In this document: one piece after another, positions 52,531 to 61,297 of the stretch
Layout of the letters: every line of letters starts with the position of its first letter
How positions within the stretch are numbered: position 1 is the stretch's first letter
DNA from: a virus
Direction: 5' to 3' (one strand)
Length of the DNA: 64,000 bases
Virus record (IMG/VR): IMGVR_UViG_3300045988_165705
Notes under the pieces: model-generated
The model's database searches: none
Seen by the model: the letters and a program-made list of their open reading frames with translations, nothing else
Told to the model about the DNA's origin: nothing
Made by a program: the position numbers and the translations under genes

Positions 52531-52902
52531 ATGAAATTAAATAAAAAGATTTTCGTTATCTTAGTTTCGCTGCTATTCACTTTTCTATGCGGATGCACAC
52601 AGAATACTCAATCTGAACCAACGGAACAGCCTCATCTTTATTGGAAAGACATCGATGTGGTGGTTGAAAATGTGGACAGTAGGCACTGGTTCGCATCCAC
52701 ACATCACTACATAGTGTATGTAACGGTAAGAAGCGATGAGTATCAACTGACTTATACGGATGAGTTCGCTGGTTCTGGCGCATTTGGTTACCCCGAACAG
52801 GGAAACTATCGCAAGGGCGATATCGTGAAGGCAGAAATGTACTCATGGGTAATGGATTCTACAGGCGAGTTAGTCAGACAAGAAATCCACAAGGTGTATT
52901 GA
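52531..52902 (+). CDS. lipoprotein
   Basis: 'KIFVILVSLLFTFLCGC' (signal peptide plus lipobox). Confidence 0.65.
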   Translation: MKLNKKIFVILVSLLFTFLCGCTQNTQSEPTEQPHLYWKDIDVVVENVDSRHWFASTHHYIVYVTVRSDEYQLTYTDEFAGSGAFGYPEQGNYRKGDIVKAEMYSWVMDSTGELVRQEIHKVY

Positions 52903-52920
52903 TGAACAGAGGGTTACGAA

Positions 52921-53199
52921 GTGAAACAAAATGATATACAGACTGCACTCGACAGTATTAGTATTATTCGGTCTATGCTGTCAACAAATCAGTGGGAACC
53001 CGTCAGAAGAGAATTGGAGTTTGCAATTAACGAAATGAAGAAGTGCATACCAACAAAACCAATTCGTGAGGCGTGGTCACCGAATACCTGTCCGAATTGC
53101 GGTGCCGACCTCGGCGGCGAATGTAATGATGGATACTACCAAAATCCGTTCTTCGAGACCTGCCCAGAATGTAGACAGGTACTGGACTATGATTTCTGA
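52921..53199 (+). CDS. small zinc-ribbon protein
   Basis: 'CPNCGADL...CPEC'. GTG start. Confidence 0.5.
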   Translation: MKQNDIQTALDSISIIRSMLSTNQWEPVRRELEFAINEMKKCIPTKPIREAWSPNTCPNCGADLGGECNDGYYQNPFFETCPECRQVLDYDF

Positions 53200-53419
53200 G
53201 AAGATGAGCAAAACATATTATGAAACCGGCATTGAAACGCCGGAAATCCTTGGCTCTGGCTCTTCATTCTCCAGCGTTATCACAACTCTTGATGAGAATG
53301 AGGCGTTTCAGGCGTATCGTAGTGGTGGTCGCAATTACCTGTTGAGAGCAACCTACAGTATTGACAGGCCGAGAATGATTGAGTGGTGGGACAAAGAGCA
53401 GGAATGTTGGAGAACATGA
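53189..53419 (+). CDS. small hypothetical protein
   Basis: Start set at MISEKMSK, overlapping the upstream stop. Alternative start at ATG 53204. Confidence 0.45.
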   Translation: MISEKMSKTYYETGIETPEILGSGSSFSSVITTLDENEAFQAYRSGGRNYLLRATYSIDRPRMIEWWDKEQECWRT

Positions 53420-53433
53420 AAGGCTGATTTGAT

Positions 53434-54204
53434 ATGGCATTATACAAGATTGGAATTACAGAAGCGGGAGACGCAGGCGTTGATTTGTCTTGGGTCGAGA
53501 AATTAGACAGAGTTGATGCTGCTGTTCTAATTACGAAGTGTGTGTCGCCGGATTTCTTCGATGCCGCTCTTGAACACAAAGACAGACTCATTGTCCATGC
53601 AACAATCACTGGATACGGGCACTCTGCTTTGGAACCTAATGTACCAACTCCATACGAGGAGTTTGCCGCAATTATGGAGTTGGTTAAAGCTGGGTTCCCG
53701 ATGGAGAAAATCGTCATTCGCATCGACCCCATCATCCCCACAGAGAAAGGACTTTTAGTTGCATACCGTACAATGATTTCCTTTATGGAAATGGGATTTC
53801 AGCGCTACAGAGTGAGCGTTATTGATATGTATCCACACGCAAGAAGCCGGTTCAAAAAGGCTGGATTGCCGCTTCCCTATGGCGATAACGGTTTCGCTCC
53901 GTCCCAAGCACAGCTTTCAAAAGTGGACGATATGCTGCGGCAAGCAAAGCAGTTCTGGGAAGGGCTGGATAACGGCAAAGTTCTCCGAATTGAGTCCTGT
54001 GCAGAACCCGGTCTTACAGAGCCGATTACCAGTGGCTGCATTTCTAACTATGACCTCAATTTGCTCGGACTTTCTGAGGACTCAGAGTCAAACGGTGTTG
54101 GTTATCAACGAAAGAGTTGTATGTGTTATGCAGGAAAAACTGAACTGCTAAAACATAAAACAAGATGCCCTCACGGATGTCTGTACTGCTATTGGAGGGG
54201 TTAA
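53434..54204 (+). CDS. DUF1848-like protein
   Basis: 256 aa with the C-terminal Cys cluster 'CMCYAGK...CPHGCLYCYW'. Family assigned from recall. Confidence 0.55.
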   Translation: MALYKIGITEAGDAGVDLSWVEKLDRVDAAVLITKCVSPDFFDAALEHKDRLIVHATITGYGHSALEPNVPTPYEEFAAIMELVKAGFPMEKIVIRIDPIIPTEKGLLVAYRTMISFMEMGFQRYRVSVIDMYPHARSRFKKAGLPLPYGDNGFAPSQAQLSKVDDMLRQAKQFWEGLDNGKVLRIESCAEPGLTEPITSGCISNYDLNLLGLSEDSESNGVGYQRKSCMCYAGKTELLKHKTRCPHGCLYCYWRG

Positions 54205-54207
54205 TGT

Positions 54208-54588
54208 ATGATATATACCACTTATTTTGCACAGCTTCGTAACCTGCCAGAGAGCATCATCCCTGTAAGCATTTGTGGTAAGGCACCAAGTTGGTATAAG
54301 GGGTTCCAGTATAAGAAACTTGCTCCCAAATATGACTTTTTCATGGAGTGGAAAAAGAACCATGATAACGATTATTATATCAAGTGTTTCAATGAACAAG
54401 TGCTGGGAGCCCTAAACGCAACCGATGTCATTCTGGATTTATCGAGAATGATATACAGCTTCAATGTTGGAGAAAGCGATATCTGTCTGGTTTGTTACGA
54501 GAAACCAGATGATTTTTGCCATAGGCACTTGGTTGCCCAATGGCTCCGTGCCAATGGATTTTCATGTACCGAATGGATGGAAGGTTAA
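54208..54588 (+). CDS. DUF488-like protein
   Basis: 'IYTTYFAQLRNLP...LVCYEKPDDFCHRHLVAQWL'. Confidence 0.6.
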   Translation: MIYTTYFAQLRNLPESIIPVSICGKAPSWYKGFQYKKLAPKYDFFMEWKKNHDNDYYIKCFNEQVLGALNATDVILDLSRMIYSFNVGESDICLVCYEKPDDFCHRHLVAQWLRANGFSCTEWMEG

Positions 54589-54592
54589 TTCT

Positions 54593-54805
54593 ATGAGATG
54601 TCCATACTGTGAGTCTGGGACAAATGATTTTGTTCCAATGAACCAAGCCGTTGAATACAGCGGCATTGAGATGGCTGTAAACAGGCAGGGAATGTTGAGG
54701 GTGAGAGTGCTTGACGACGATGGCAGTTTCACGACTCAAGATATCATTGAGATACGCAACTGTCCACTGTGCGGGAAACGATTTATGAAAGGTCGATGTG
54801 TATGA
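54593..54805 (+). CDS. small zinc-ribbon protein
   Basis: 'MRCPYCESG...CPLCG'. Start set after the DUF488 gene. Confidence 0.5.
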   Translation: MRCPYCESGTNDFVPMNQAVEYSGIEMAVNRQGMLRVRVLDDDGSFTTQDIIEIRNCPLCGKRFMKGRCV

Positions 54806-55080
54806 GCGGCATCGTCCATTGTCCAAGATGTGGGCACCATATAAACATACCTTCCAATGGAGCTGCCGGGTACTGCCCGATATGCGATAAGGAGGTTTTT
54901 GACATGGAGAAAAGAACAATTTGGGTAAAGTCGTCTTGCTTTGCTCCGGAGTTTGAGATGATTATTCCCATCCCGACAGACCGGGATGATGAGGAGTACA
55001 TCGACGAACTGTTGGATGGAATTCTGAGTACTGAGTTCCGATACAATGTCGAATGGGATTTTGTTGATGGCTTAAGCTGA
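54802..55080 (+). CDS. small zinc-ribbon protein with an acidic tail
   Basis: 'CPRCGHH...CPICD'. ATGA overlap. Confidence 0.5.
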   Translation: MSGIVHCPRCGHHINIPSNGAAGYCPICDKEVFDMEKRTIWVKSSCFAPEFEMIIPIPTDRDDEEYIDELLDGILSTEFRYNVEWDFVDGLS

Positions 55081-55101
55081 TGGAAGAAAGGAGTGAGTTT
55101 C

Positions 55102-55542
55102 ATGAAGCACAGAGCAACAATCGATTTGGAATTTACAAACGGAGACCTCTTTGAACAGGAGGTTATCAAGGCTATGCGTGCTTACGCAAAGACAATCGCA
55201 CGAGAAGCATTCCAGAACGAAGTTGAGGAATGCGTTGCTGATACCGCCAAAGTGTGGGCAAGGCGCCTTTACGAGAGCAGATACACTGAGCCGATGACCG
55301 ACAAGCTGGTGAAGGCAGAAGTCCAGTCTTACATCAAAGAGCAGATGTCGCACAAGGAGATGCTGGATTTGATTCAGGGAACCGTACAGGCGGCGGTGGC
55401 TGAGTGTAAAGATAAAACGAAGCAGTTTGCCCAGACCGAAGTTGAGAAGTACTTAAAGGGCGCAGTCGTGATGAATGCAATTCACGAGGAAATAAAGCGG
55501 GTTGTTCCGCAGGCAGTTCTCGACGCGCTAAGAGGAGTGTGA
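55102..55542 (+). CDS. hypothetical protein
   Basis: Start set at MKHRATIDLE with GAAAGGAG upstream. Confidence 0.6.
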   Translation: MKHRATIDLEFTNGDLFEQEVIKAMRAYAKTIAREAFQNEVEECVADTAKVWARRLYESRYTEPMTDKLVKAEVQSYIKEQMSHKEMLDLIQGTVQAAVAECKDKTKQFAQTEVEKYLKGAVVMNAIHEEIKRVVPQAVLDALRGV

Positions 55543-55552
55543 GACTTTCGAT

Positions 55553-56137
55553 ATGACCGATTACCAGAAGTACCAACTTCAATGGATGATTGACCACGGT
55601 TATTCCTTACAGGGCTTGATGCGTGAGTTGACAGAGTTTCAGTATGATGACCCCGAAGATAGCGACCGCATCTCCACCCCCATCTCAGAGCTATTTAACG
55701 AATGGGAATCTGACCGTGGGTTTGGTTCTGAGATTTGGGTGTGCGAAGAAGAATGGAAGAACTGCGAAGAGTCCAACTGGCAAGATGGTGATATCTATTT
55801 GAATCCTTACTTTGGCGACCTATGGGTTGTGGGCGGCGCGTCTTTTATCAAAATCAACGACGGGTACGAAATCGAGTTGGGCGAACCGGAAGGGTTCGTT
55901 AAGGTTGGGCATATCAGCGGCGTGATTAACAAAAAGAAAGTGTCTGATTTGTTGTCCAATCATAGAAAAGCTGTCAACATCCAGTGGGACATTGACCCCG
56001 AGGATATGGATAGCGTCGAGTTGCCCACCGAAATCGACATCCCGGAAGAGATACAAGACGAGGAAGCCATCTCTGACTATATCTCCGAGGTAACTGGATT
56101 TTGCCACAAGGGATTTGAGTTGGAGGAACAGCTGTGA
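55553..56137 (+). CDS. acidic hypothetical protein
   Basis: 194-aa ORF rich in D/E. Confidence 0.6.
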   Translation: MTDYQKYQLQWMIDHGYSLQGLMRELTEFQYDDPEDSDRISTPISELFNEWESDRGFGSEIWVCEEEWKNCEESNWQDGDIYLNPYFGDLWVVGGASFIKINDGYEIELGEPEGFVKVGHISGVINKKKVSDLLSNHRKAVNIQWDIDPEDMDSVELPTEIDIPEEIQDEEAISDYISEVTGFCHKGFELEEQL

Positions 56138-56349
56138 GAACTTGGACAGACGAAACAACTGGCTGTAAGATGTGCGAACCTGACTGCGCCGATGAATGGC
56201 TTTTTGATATCTGGGCTATCGGCTGCGACTACGATGGTGAAAGTACCGTAGACGGATTGAAGAAGCTGGTGGACAGCCTCGTTGAAATGAGCCAGAAAGC
56301 CATGGACTGCCTACATGATGGCAAACTATTCCCCGCAGATAAAGCATAA
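56134..56349 (+). CDS. small hypothetical protein
   Basis: 71-aa ORF with a 4-nt overlap with the upstream gene. Confidence 0.55.
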   Translation: MRTWTDETTGCKMCEPDCADEWLFDIWAIGCDYDGESTVDGLKKLVDSLVEMSQKAMDCLHDGKLFPADKA

Positions 56350-56355
56350 CGACCA

Positions 56356-56582
56356 ACCGCTTTGTAGATTTGCTGTTATACATATTCACTTTCAGCAGCT
56401 TTTCGCCAAAGGCAAAAGTAAGAGTTCGCCACTTATGTTCGCCAATCCGACAAGCCCGCTTCGCGGGCAGTCAACTTTTTCTTGCTCGCATTGCAAGCAA
56501 TGCTCGCAAGTGTCGGATTGGCGAACAATGTTGATGCATATCGGTTTGAGGCTTTAGAAAAACGACCGATACGGAAAGCGGT
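56356..56582 (+). ncRNA. structured RNA module Q (same family, subfamily 2)
   Basis: Closing helix accgcttt/aaagcggt. 5' strand followed by GTAGATTT. Hairpin tgctg...cagca. Hairpin ctttt-CGCCAAAGGC-aaaag. 16-bp long helix gttcgccaatccgaca/tgtcggattggcgaac. Confidence 0.5.
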
Positions 56583-56604
56583 ATAGAAACGGAGGTAATT
56601 TCAA

Positions 56605-56940
56605 ATGCCTGATTACAAAAAATTCTTTGAGTATTGGCACGACCTGTACGGAACGGAACTGAAAATCGCAGGATGGCATCTCAACGGGGAGCTGGAAGAC
56701 TTCGATAACTTCTTTGACTCCGCCGTTGCGAGTATGGACGGCGTTACCACCACGAGAACCTTTCAGGGTAAAACATACACGGAACTGTGGGAAGAGTTCG
56801 GCGATGTGCCGATGAACCCAGAAACCGAATGTATCGAAGTTGCCTGGTGTGGGTTCCCAAAAGGCACACACCGTGAGGATATCTGGCATTGGTTCGAGGA
56901 AACCTTTGGCGTGGCCGTTCATGACCTTATGTATTCATGA
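56605..56940 (+). CDS. hypothetical protein
   Basis: 111-aa ORF with a GGAGG RBS immediately after module Q. Confidence 0.6.
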   Translation: MPDYKKFFEYWHDLYGTELKIAGWHLNGELEDFDNFFDSAVASMDGVTTTRTFQGKTYTELWEEFGDVPMNPETECIEVAWCGFPKGTHREDIWHWFEETFGVAVHDLMYS

Positions 56941-57467
56941 CAGTCGAGCTTCTCAATACATACGGAATTCTGCATATAGGTGTTGCCGAGTTCCTCTTTG
57001 ACCTGGATGACCTCCCAATTATCAAAGGCCGAGACAGTTGGCACTGCGACAAAGACGGTTATCTTGTCAGCAGCTACTTTTACTGCGGTGTACGGCGGTT
57101 TGTCCGCTTTCACCGGCTGGTTATGCACGCAAAGCCAGGCCAGTTTGTTGACCACATCAACAAAAACAAGGCTGATAATCGAAAAGAGAATCTGCGCTGT
57201 TGTCAGCGGTCAGAGAACGACAGAAACCGCAGCCTCTATATCACCAACACATCTGGCGTTTCCGGCGTTTTCTTTGATAGGCAGAGAGAAAAGTGGGTCG
57301 CCAGTATTACCTATAATAGTAAGAGGATTTACCTCGGCAGGTACGATGCTAAAGAAGATGCCATTATGGCACGGCTCACAAAAGAGATTGAGCTTTATCG
57401 GGAGTTCGCCCCTCAAAAAGCACTCTTGGGGACACTTAGTCTTTGCTCCAACGGAACTCTGGCATAA
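56937..57467 (+). CDS. HNH endonuclease with AP2-type DNA-binding domain (homing-endonuclease-like)
   Basis: 'FVDHINKNKADNRKENLR' (HNH) and 'SGVSGVFFDRQREKWVASITYNSKRIYLGRYDAKEDA' (AP2). Confidence 0.75.
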   Translation: MTVELLNTYGILHIGVAEFLFDLDDLPIIKGRDSWHCDKDGYLVSSYFYCGVRRFVRFHRLVMHAKPGQFVDHINKNKADNRKENLRCCQRSENDRNRSLYITNTSGVSGVFFDRQREKWVASITYNSKRIYLGRYDAKEDAIMARLTKEIELYREFAPQKALLGTLSLCSNGTLA

Positions 57468-57744
57468 AGCGATAGGGGTCGAGCTTCAGGACGGCACATA
57501 CAGATAATCCAATTCTCATGCTGGCGCCGCTTATATTGCGCTCTCCATTTTCCAGTCTCTGATATTGGCGAGTTTGAATGTGTGCAGCGTCTGCCACCTG
57601 CTGCTGGGTCATTCCGAGCTCCTCACGCCGATTCTTCAAAATGTCTTTTTCGGTTTCAAGGAAGAACCACTGCTCACCATTGCTTAACAGGTCTTCACTG
57701 GGAGTTTTATAGGTGTCTTGAAAGTTCATATCAAAATCTATCAT
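57436..57744 (-). CDS. XRE-family HTH transcriptional regulator
   Basis: 'LGMTQQQVADAAHIQTRQYQRLENGERN'. The only minus-strand gene in the right 42 kb. Start set at ATG 57744, 8 nt after AGGAG. Confidence 0.8.
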   Translation of the reverse strand: MIDFDMNFQDTYKTPSEDLLSNGEQWFFLETEKDILKNRREELGMTQQQVADAAHIQTRQYQRLENGERNISGASMRIGLSVCAVLKLDPYRFMPEFRWSKD

Positions 57745-57761
57745 AATCATATCTCCTTTCA

Positions 57762-57811
57762 GCACGACCGATTGGTCGTGCTTTTCTTATATCATACGAC
57801 CAAATGGTCGT
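57762..57811. promoter_or_regulatory. two palindromic operator-like sites in the divergent intergenic region
   Basis: gCACGACC-gatt-GGTCGTGc (57762-57781) and ACGACC-aaat-GGTCGT (57796-57811). Located between the XRE gene and the Thg1-like gene. Confidence 0.55.
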
Positions 57812-57855
57812 GATGTCAAGCAATTTTCAAACTACATTTACAGGAGGGTACGCTT

Positions 57856-58650
57856 ATGGGAAATCAACGCGATTCGCTGGGCGACAGGATGAAACGGTAT
57901 GAGTATGTTTCACGCAATTACCTGACCCGTCGTGTTCCTGTCATCATCCGTATTGACGGCAAGGCTTTTCACACCTTTACAAAGGGAATGAAAAAGCCTT
58001 TCGACCGTGTTCTTATGTCCGCCATGCAGGAAACCATGCGCTTCCTGTGTGCCAACATTCAGGGCTGCGTCTTCGGATACACGCAGTCTGATGAAATCAC
58101 ATTGGTTTTGACCGATTACGCCTCTATTCGTACAGATGCATGGTTCGGCTATAATGTCCAGAAAATTTGCAGCATTGCCGCATCGATGGCAACTCTGGCA
58201 TTCAACAAAGCATTTGTCGAGCAGACAGAAAAAGAAGACAGCGGCCTCGACCTTTCCGTTTATCACCGCAAGTTCCAAACTGCCTTGTTCGATGCCAGAG
58301 CTTTCACCGTTCCTCTGGACGAGGTCTGCAACTGTCTGATTTGGCGTCAGCAGGATGCCACACGGAACAGCATAGAAGCTGTTGGACAGGCGAATTTCAG
58401 TCAGCGAGAGTTGCACGGGAAGAGCTGCAACAAAATCCAAGATATGCTTTGGAAAGAACGCAATATCAACTGGAATGATTTTCCCACGGATTGCAAGCGT
58501 GGCTCCTGTTGCATCAAAACAAGGGTAACAGAGGCCGTTTCTGTATTAAACGGGGATGCGACTGTGGAGGTTTCCAGAAGCCGTTGGGTCGTTGACCGTG
58601 AACCGCCTGTCTTTACACAAGACAGAGAGTATGTGGAGCGATGGCTATGA
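57856..58650 (+). CDS. Thg1-like protein (tRNA-His guanylyltransferase family, 3'-5' polymerase)
   Basis: 'VPVIIRIDGKAFHTFTKG' and 'GYTQSDEITLV' (the two catalytic-Asp regions). Confidence 0.75.
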   Translation: MGNQRDSLGDRMKRYEYVSRNYLTRRVPVIIRIDGKAFHTFTKGMKKPFDRVLMSAMQETMRFLCANIQGCVFGYTQSDEITLVLTDYASIRTDAWFGYNVQKICSIAASMATLAFNKAFVEQTEKEDSGLDLSVYHRKFQTALFDARAFTVPLDEVCNCLIWRQQDATRNSIEAVGQANFSQRELHGKSCNKIQDMLWKERNINWNDFPTDCKRGSCCIKTRVTEAVSVLNGDATVEVSRSRWVVDREPPVFTQDREYVERWL

Positions 58651-58949
58651 CAATGGAAGAGAAAGTCCAGCAGCAGGAAATCATGCTTCACGAACTGATG
58701 GAGAAAAACAGGGAATCCAAACGAGAACTTGCAGCATACCACAATATCATGCAGGGAATGGTGGGAAGCGCCAATGAACGCATTGACCGTTTGGAAATCA
58801 TTGTAGAGACCGCCATTACAAAAGCGGTTCACGAACTGATTGAACGCTTGCGTTACGATGATATTCAGGCAATCGACGAGGAAGAGTTTGCCGCCGCCGT
58901 CAGGAAACTGATTTTTGATGCAGACCCCGGTGTTCAGCTACCGTTCTGA
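58641..58949 (+). CDS. hypothetical coiled-coil protein
   Basis: 102-aa ORF overlapping the upstream gene. Confidence 0.55.
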   Translation: MAMTMEEKVQQQEIMLHELMEKNRESKRELAAYHNIMQGMVGSANERIDRLEIIVETAITKAVHELIERLRYDDIQAIDEEEFAAAVRKLIFDADPGVQLPF

Positions 58950-58959
58950 GGAGGACTTT

Positions 58960-59211
58960 ATGAAGTGTTATAAAAGTGGCGGCTGTGGTGTGTATGAAAA
59001 CCGTTCATGCTATGAATGCCCAGCCAGCAAACCGGAGTATCTGAAACGCTGTGAGTTTCCTGACAAGGGTCTCGTAGAAAAGCTTCGGCTGTACGGCAGC
59101 ACCCAACCCAATGGGCGGATGGGTGATGACTGCCGTATTCCTAAAAATGTGCTGCTTCAAGCAGCAGATAGAATCGAGGTGTTAAGCGGTGTCCGAGCAG
59201 CAAGCAGCTAA
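58960..59211 (+). CDS. small Cys-containing hypothetical protein
   Basis: Start set at MKCYKSGGCG with GAGGAGG upstream. Confidence 0.5.
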   Translation: MKCYKSGGCGVYENRSCYECPASKPEYLKRCEFPDKGLVEKLRLYGSTQPNGRMGDDCRIPKNVLLQAADRIEVLSGVRAASS

Positions 59212-59800
59212 CAGAAAACTATATATCTCCGATTGGCATTACGGCCATAATAACATTCTGGCATTCGATAACCGCCCTTTCAAAACGGTTGAGGAAATGA
59301 ACGCTACACTTGTTGAGCGATGGAACGCCGCCGTTCATCCGGGTGACACCGTCTATGTTCTTGGCGATATGTTCTGGTGCAATATGCAGGAAGCGATTTC
59401 TGTCCTTAACCAGTTGAACGGGCAGGTATTTCTGATTAAGGGCAACCATGACCGCTGCAGCGATGGGCGGTTTCTCAAGAAGCTCGTCAAGGTCACGGAG
59501 TATCTGGAGGTTGAGGACTCCGACCGTAAGGTTGTCCTCTGTCATTACCCAATCCCGTGTTTTAAGAACCACTATTACGGCTGGTATCATCTGTACGGTC
59601 ATGTTCATAACTCTTTTGAGTGGAACATGATGGAGCATGACCGCTTCCTGATGCAGGAATTATACGGACACCCATGCCTTATGTATAATGTCGGCTCGAT
59701 GATGCCGTGGATGGATTACACCCCGCGAACACTGGATGAAATTCTGCGGCTTGAAGCTGTTTACAAAAATGAAGCGGCGGAACCGCCTGCCGCACAGTAG
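59189..59800 (+). CDS. metallophosphoesterase
   Basis: 'YISDWHYGH', 'VLGDMF', 'IKGNHD', 'CHYP', 'YGHVHN'. GTG start. Confidence 0.8.
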   Translation: MSEQQAANRKLYISDWHYGHNNILAFDNRPFKTVEEMNATLVERWNAAVHPGDTVYVLGDMFWCNMQEAISVLNQLNGQVFLIKGNHDRCSDGRFLKKLVKVTEYLEVEDSDRKVVLCHYPIPCFKNHYYGWYHLYGHVHNSFEWNMMEHDRFLMQELYGHPCLMYNVGSMMPWMDYTPRTLDEILRLEAVYKNEAAEPPAAQ

Positions 59801-59861
59801 TTTTGCAGCTGCTTGATGGGCTGTATCAATGCAACACAGAAAAGAAAGGAGCGTGGCGCAC

Positions 59862-61031
59862 ATGATTTATCTGGATAATGCGGCCACCACACAGATAGAC
59901 AAGCGTGTATTGGATGCCATGATGCCGTATCTGACTACTCAGTACGGTAATGCTGGTACACTCTATAAGTTTGGACGCAGTGCAGGCGAAGCCGTGAAAC
60001 AGGCACGGGCTCAGGTAGCTGAGTTCCTTAATGCCAAGCCGGAGCAGATTCTCTTCACCTCTGGCGGCAGCGAAGCAAATAGTCTTGTGTTTCAGGGCTT
60101 AAAGGAATATCTTAAAAGTATCGGAAAGACGCATATTCTGGTTTCTGCCATTGAACACGATTCCGTTCTGAAAGCGGCTCATTCGCTTATAAAAGACGAG
60201 TTTTATATTGAATATCTGCCCGCACATAGTGACGGAAAAGTGTTCGCACAGAGCGTAGAGGATGCCATTACCCCAAAGACAGGGCTGGTATCTGTTATGT
60301 ATGTCAACAATGAGACCGGCGCCGTTAATCCGATTGAAGAAATCGGCACGATTTGCATGAAGCGTGGTATCCTGTTCCACACAGATTGTGTTCAGGCCGC
60401 TGGCTGTCATCCAATTGATGTGGAGAAAATCGGGTGCGATTTCCTCTCTATTTCTTCTCATAAAATTCACGGGCCAAAAGGTGTCGGAGCACTGTTCGCC
60501 AAAGAAAAAAGTATGTTGGCACCCATCATCTTTGGCGGTGCGGAGCAGGAATTCGGACTCCGTGGCGGAACAGAAAATGTTGCCGGTATAGTAGGCTTTG
60601 GTGCAGCCTGTGAAATCTCCTCCAAGAGTCTTCATGAAGATTGTATCTGGGTTTCTACGCTTAAGCAGCGTTTTTATATGGCGCTGACAGACGCCTTGAA
60701 AAAGAATGGACACGCTGATATTGTCCATACAAACGGCCCGTCCGTTCTCAATCCAGGTAAGACACTGAACCTGTGCCTTTTCGGCATTGATGGGCAGACC
60801 TTGCTTCTGATGCTCGACGGAAAAAACATCTGCATCTCTGCCGGTTCCGCTTGCCGCAGTCATGAGGCTGAGCCGAGCCATGTGCTGACAGCGATGGGTT
60901 TGACAGCAGATGAAGCAAGAAGCTCTGTCCGAATTTCATTCTCCAGAATGAATACGGCAGACGAAGCAGTAGACGCAGCGAATATCATTGCGTCCTGTAT
61001 TGAGATATTAGCAAACGAGGTGGCAAAGTGA
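59862..61031 (+). CDS. cysteine desulfurase (NifS/IscS-like, PLP-dependent)
   Basis: 'IYLDNAATT', 'SSHKIHGPKGVGAL' (PLP Lys), 'SAGSACRS' (active-site Cys). Start set at MIYLD with AAAGGAG upstream. Confidence 0.85.
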   Translation: MIYLDNAATTQIDKRVLDAMMPYLTTQYGNAGTLYKFGRSAGEAVKQARAQVAEFLNAKPEQILFTSGGSEANSLVFQGLKEYLKSIGKTHILVSAIEHDSVLKAAHSLIKDEFYIEYLPAHSDGKVFAQSVEDAITPKTGLVSVMYVNNETGAVNPIEEIGTICMKRGILFHTDCVQAAGCHPIDVEKIGCDFLSISSHKIHGPKGVGALFAKEKSMLAPIIFGGAEQEFGLRGGTENVAGIVGFGAACEISSKSLHEDCIWVSTLKQRFYMALTDALKKNGHADIVHTNGPSVLNPGKTLNLCLFGIDGQTLLLMLDGKNICISAGSACRSHEAEPSHVLTAMGLTADEARSSVRISFSRMNTADEAVDAANIIASCIEILANEVAK

Positions 61032-61282
61032 AGAAGCTGTTTGTATCAGGCTATGTCGGCTTCGATGAGTCGGCAACAAAAGCTACGCTGTATTCCTTTG
61101 ATTCGGAAGAAGAGTGCAGAGAGTTTCTTGAATTGTCACATGACGAGCGCTGCCAAGTCTTCAATGTTTTTGATGAGAGCGACAACTATGGGGTTCTTCC
61201 CGGAGCGGCTTACCACACATACGAGTTTGCTGTTGTCGGCGGGATTCTTACTATGTATGATACTCTTGCCCTGAATGTTTAA
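61028..61282 (+). CDS. small hypothetical protein
   Basis: 84-aa ORF with a GTGA overlap with the desulfurase gene. Confidence 0.55.
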   Translation: MKKLFVSGYVGFDESATKATLYSFDSEEECREFLELSHDERCQVFNVFDESDNYGVLPGAAYHTYEFAVVGGILTMYDTLALNV

Positions 61283-61297
61283 CGAGGAGGAATAGCC

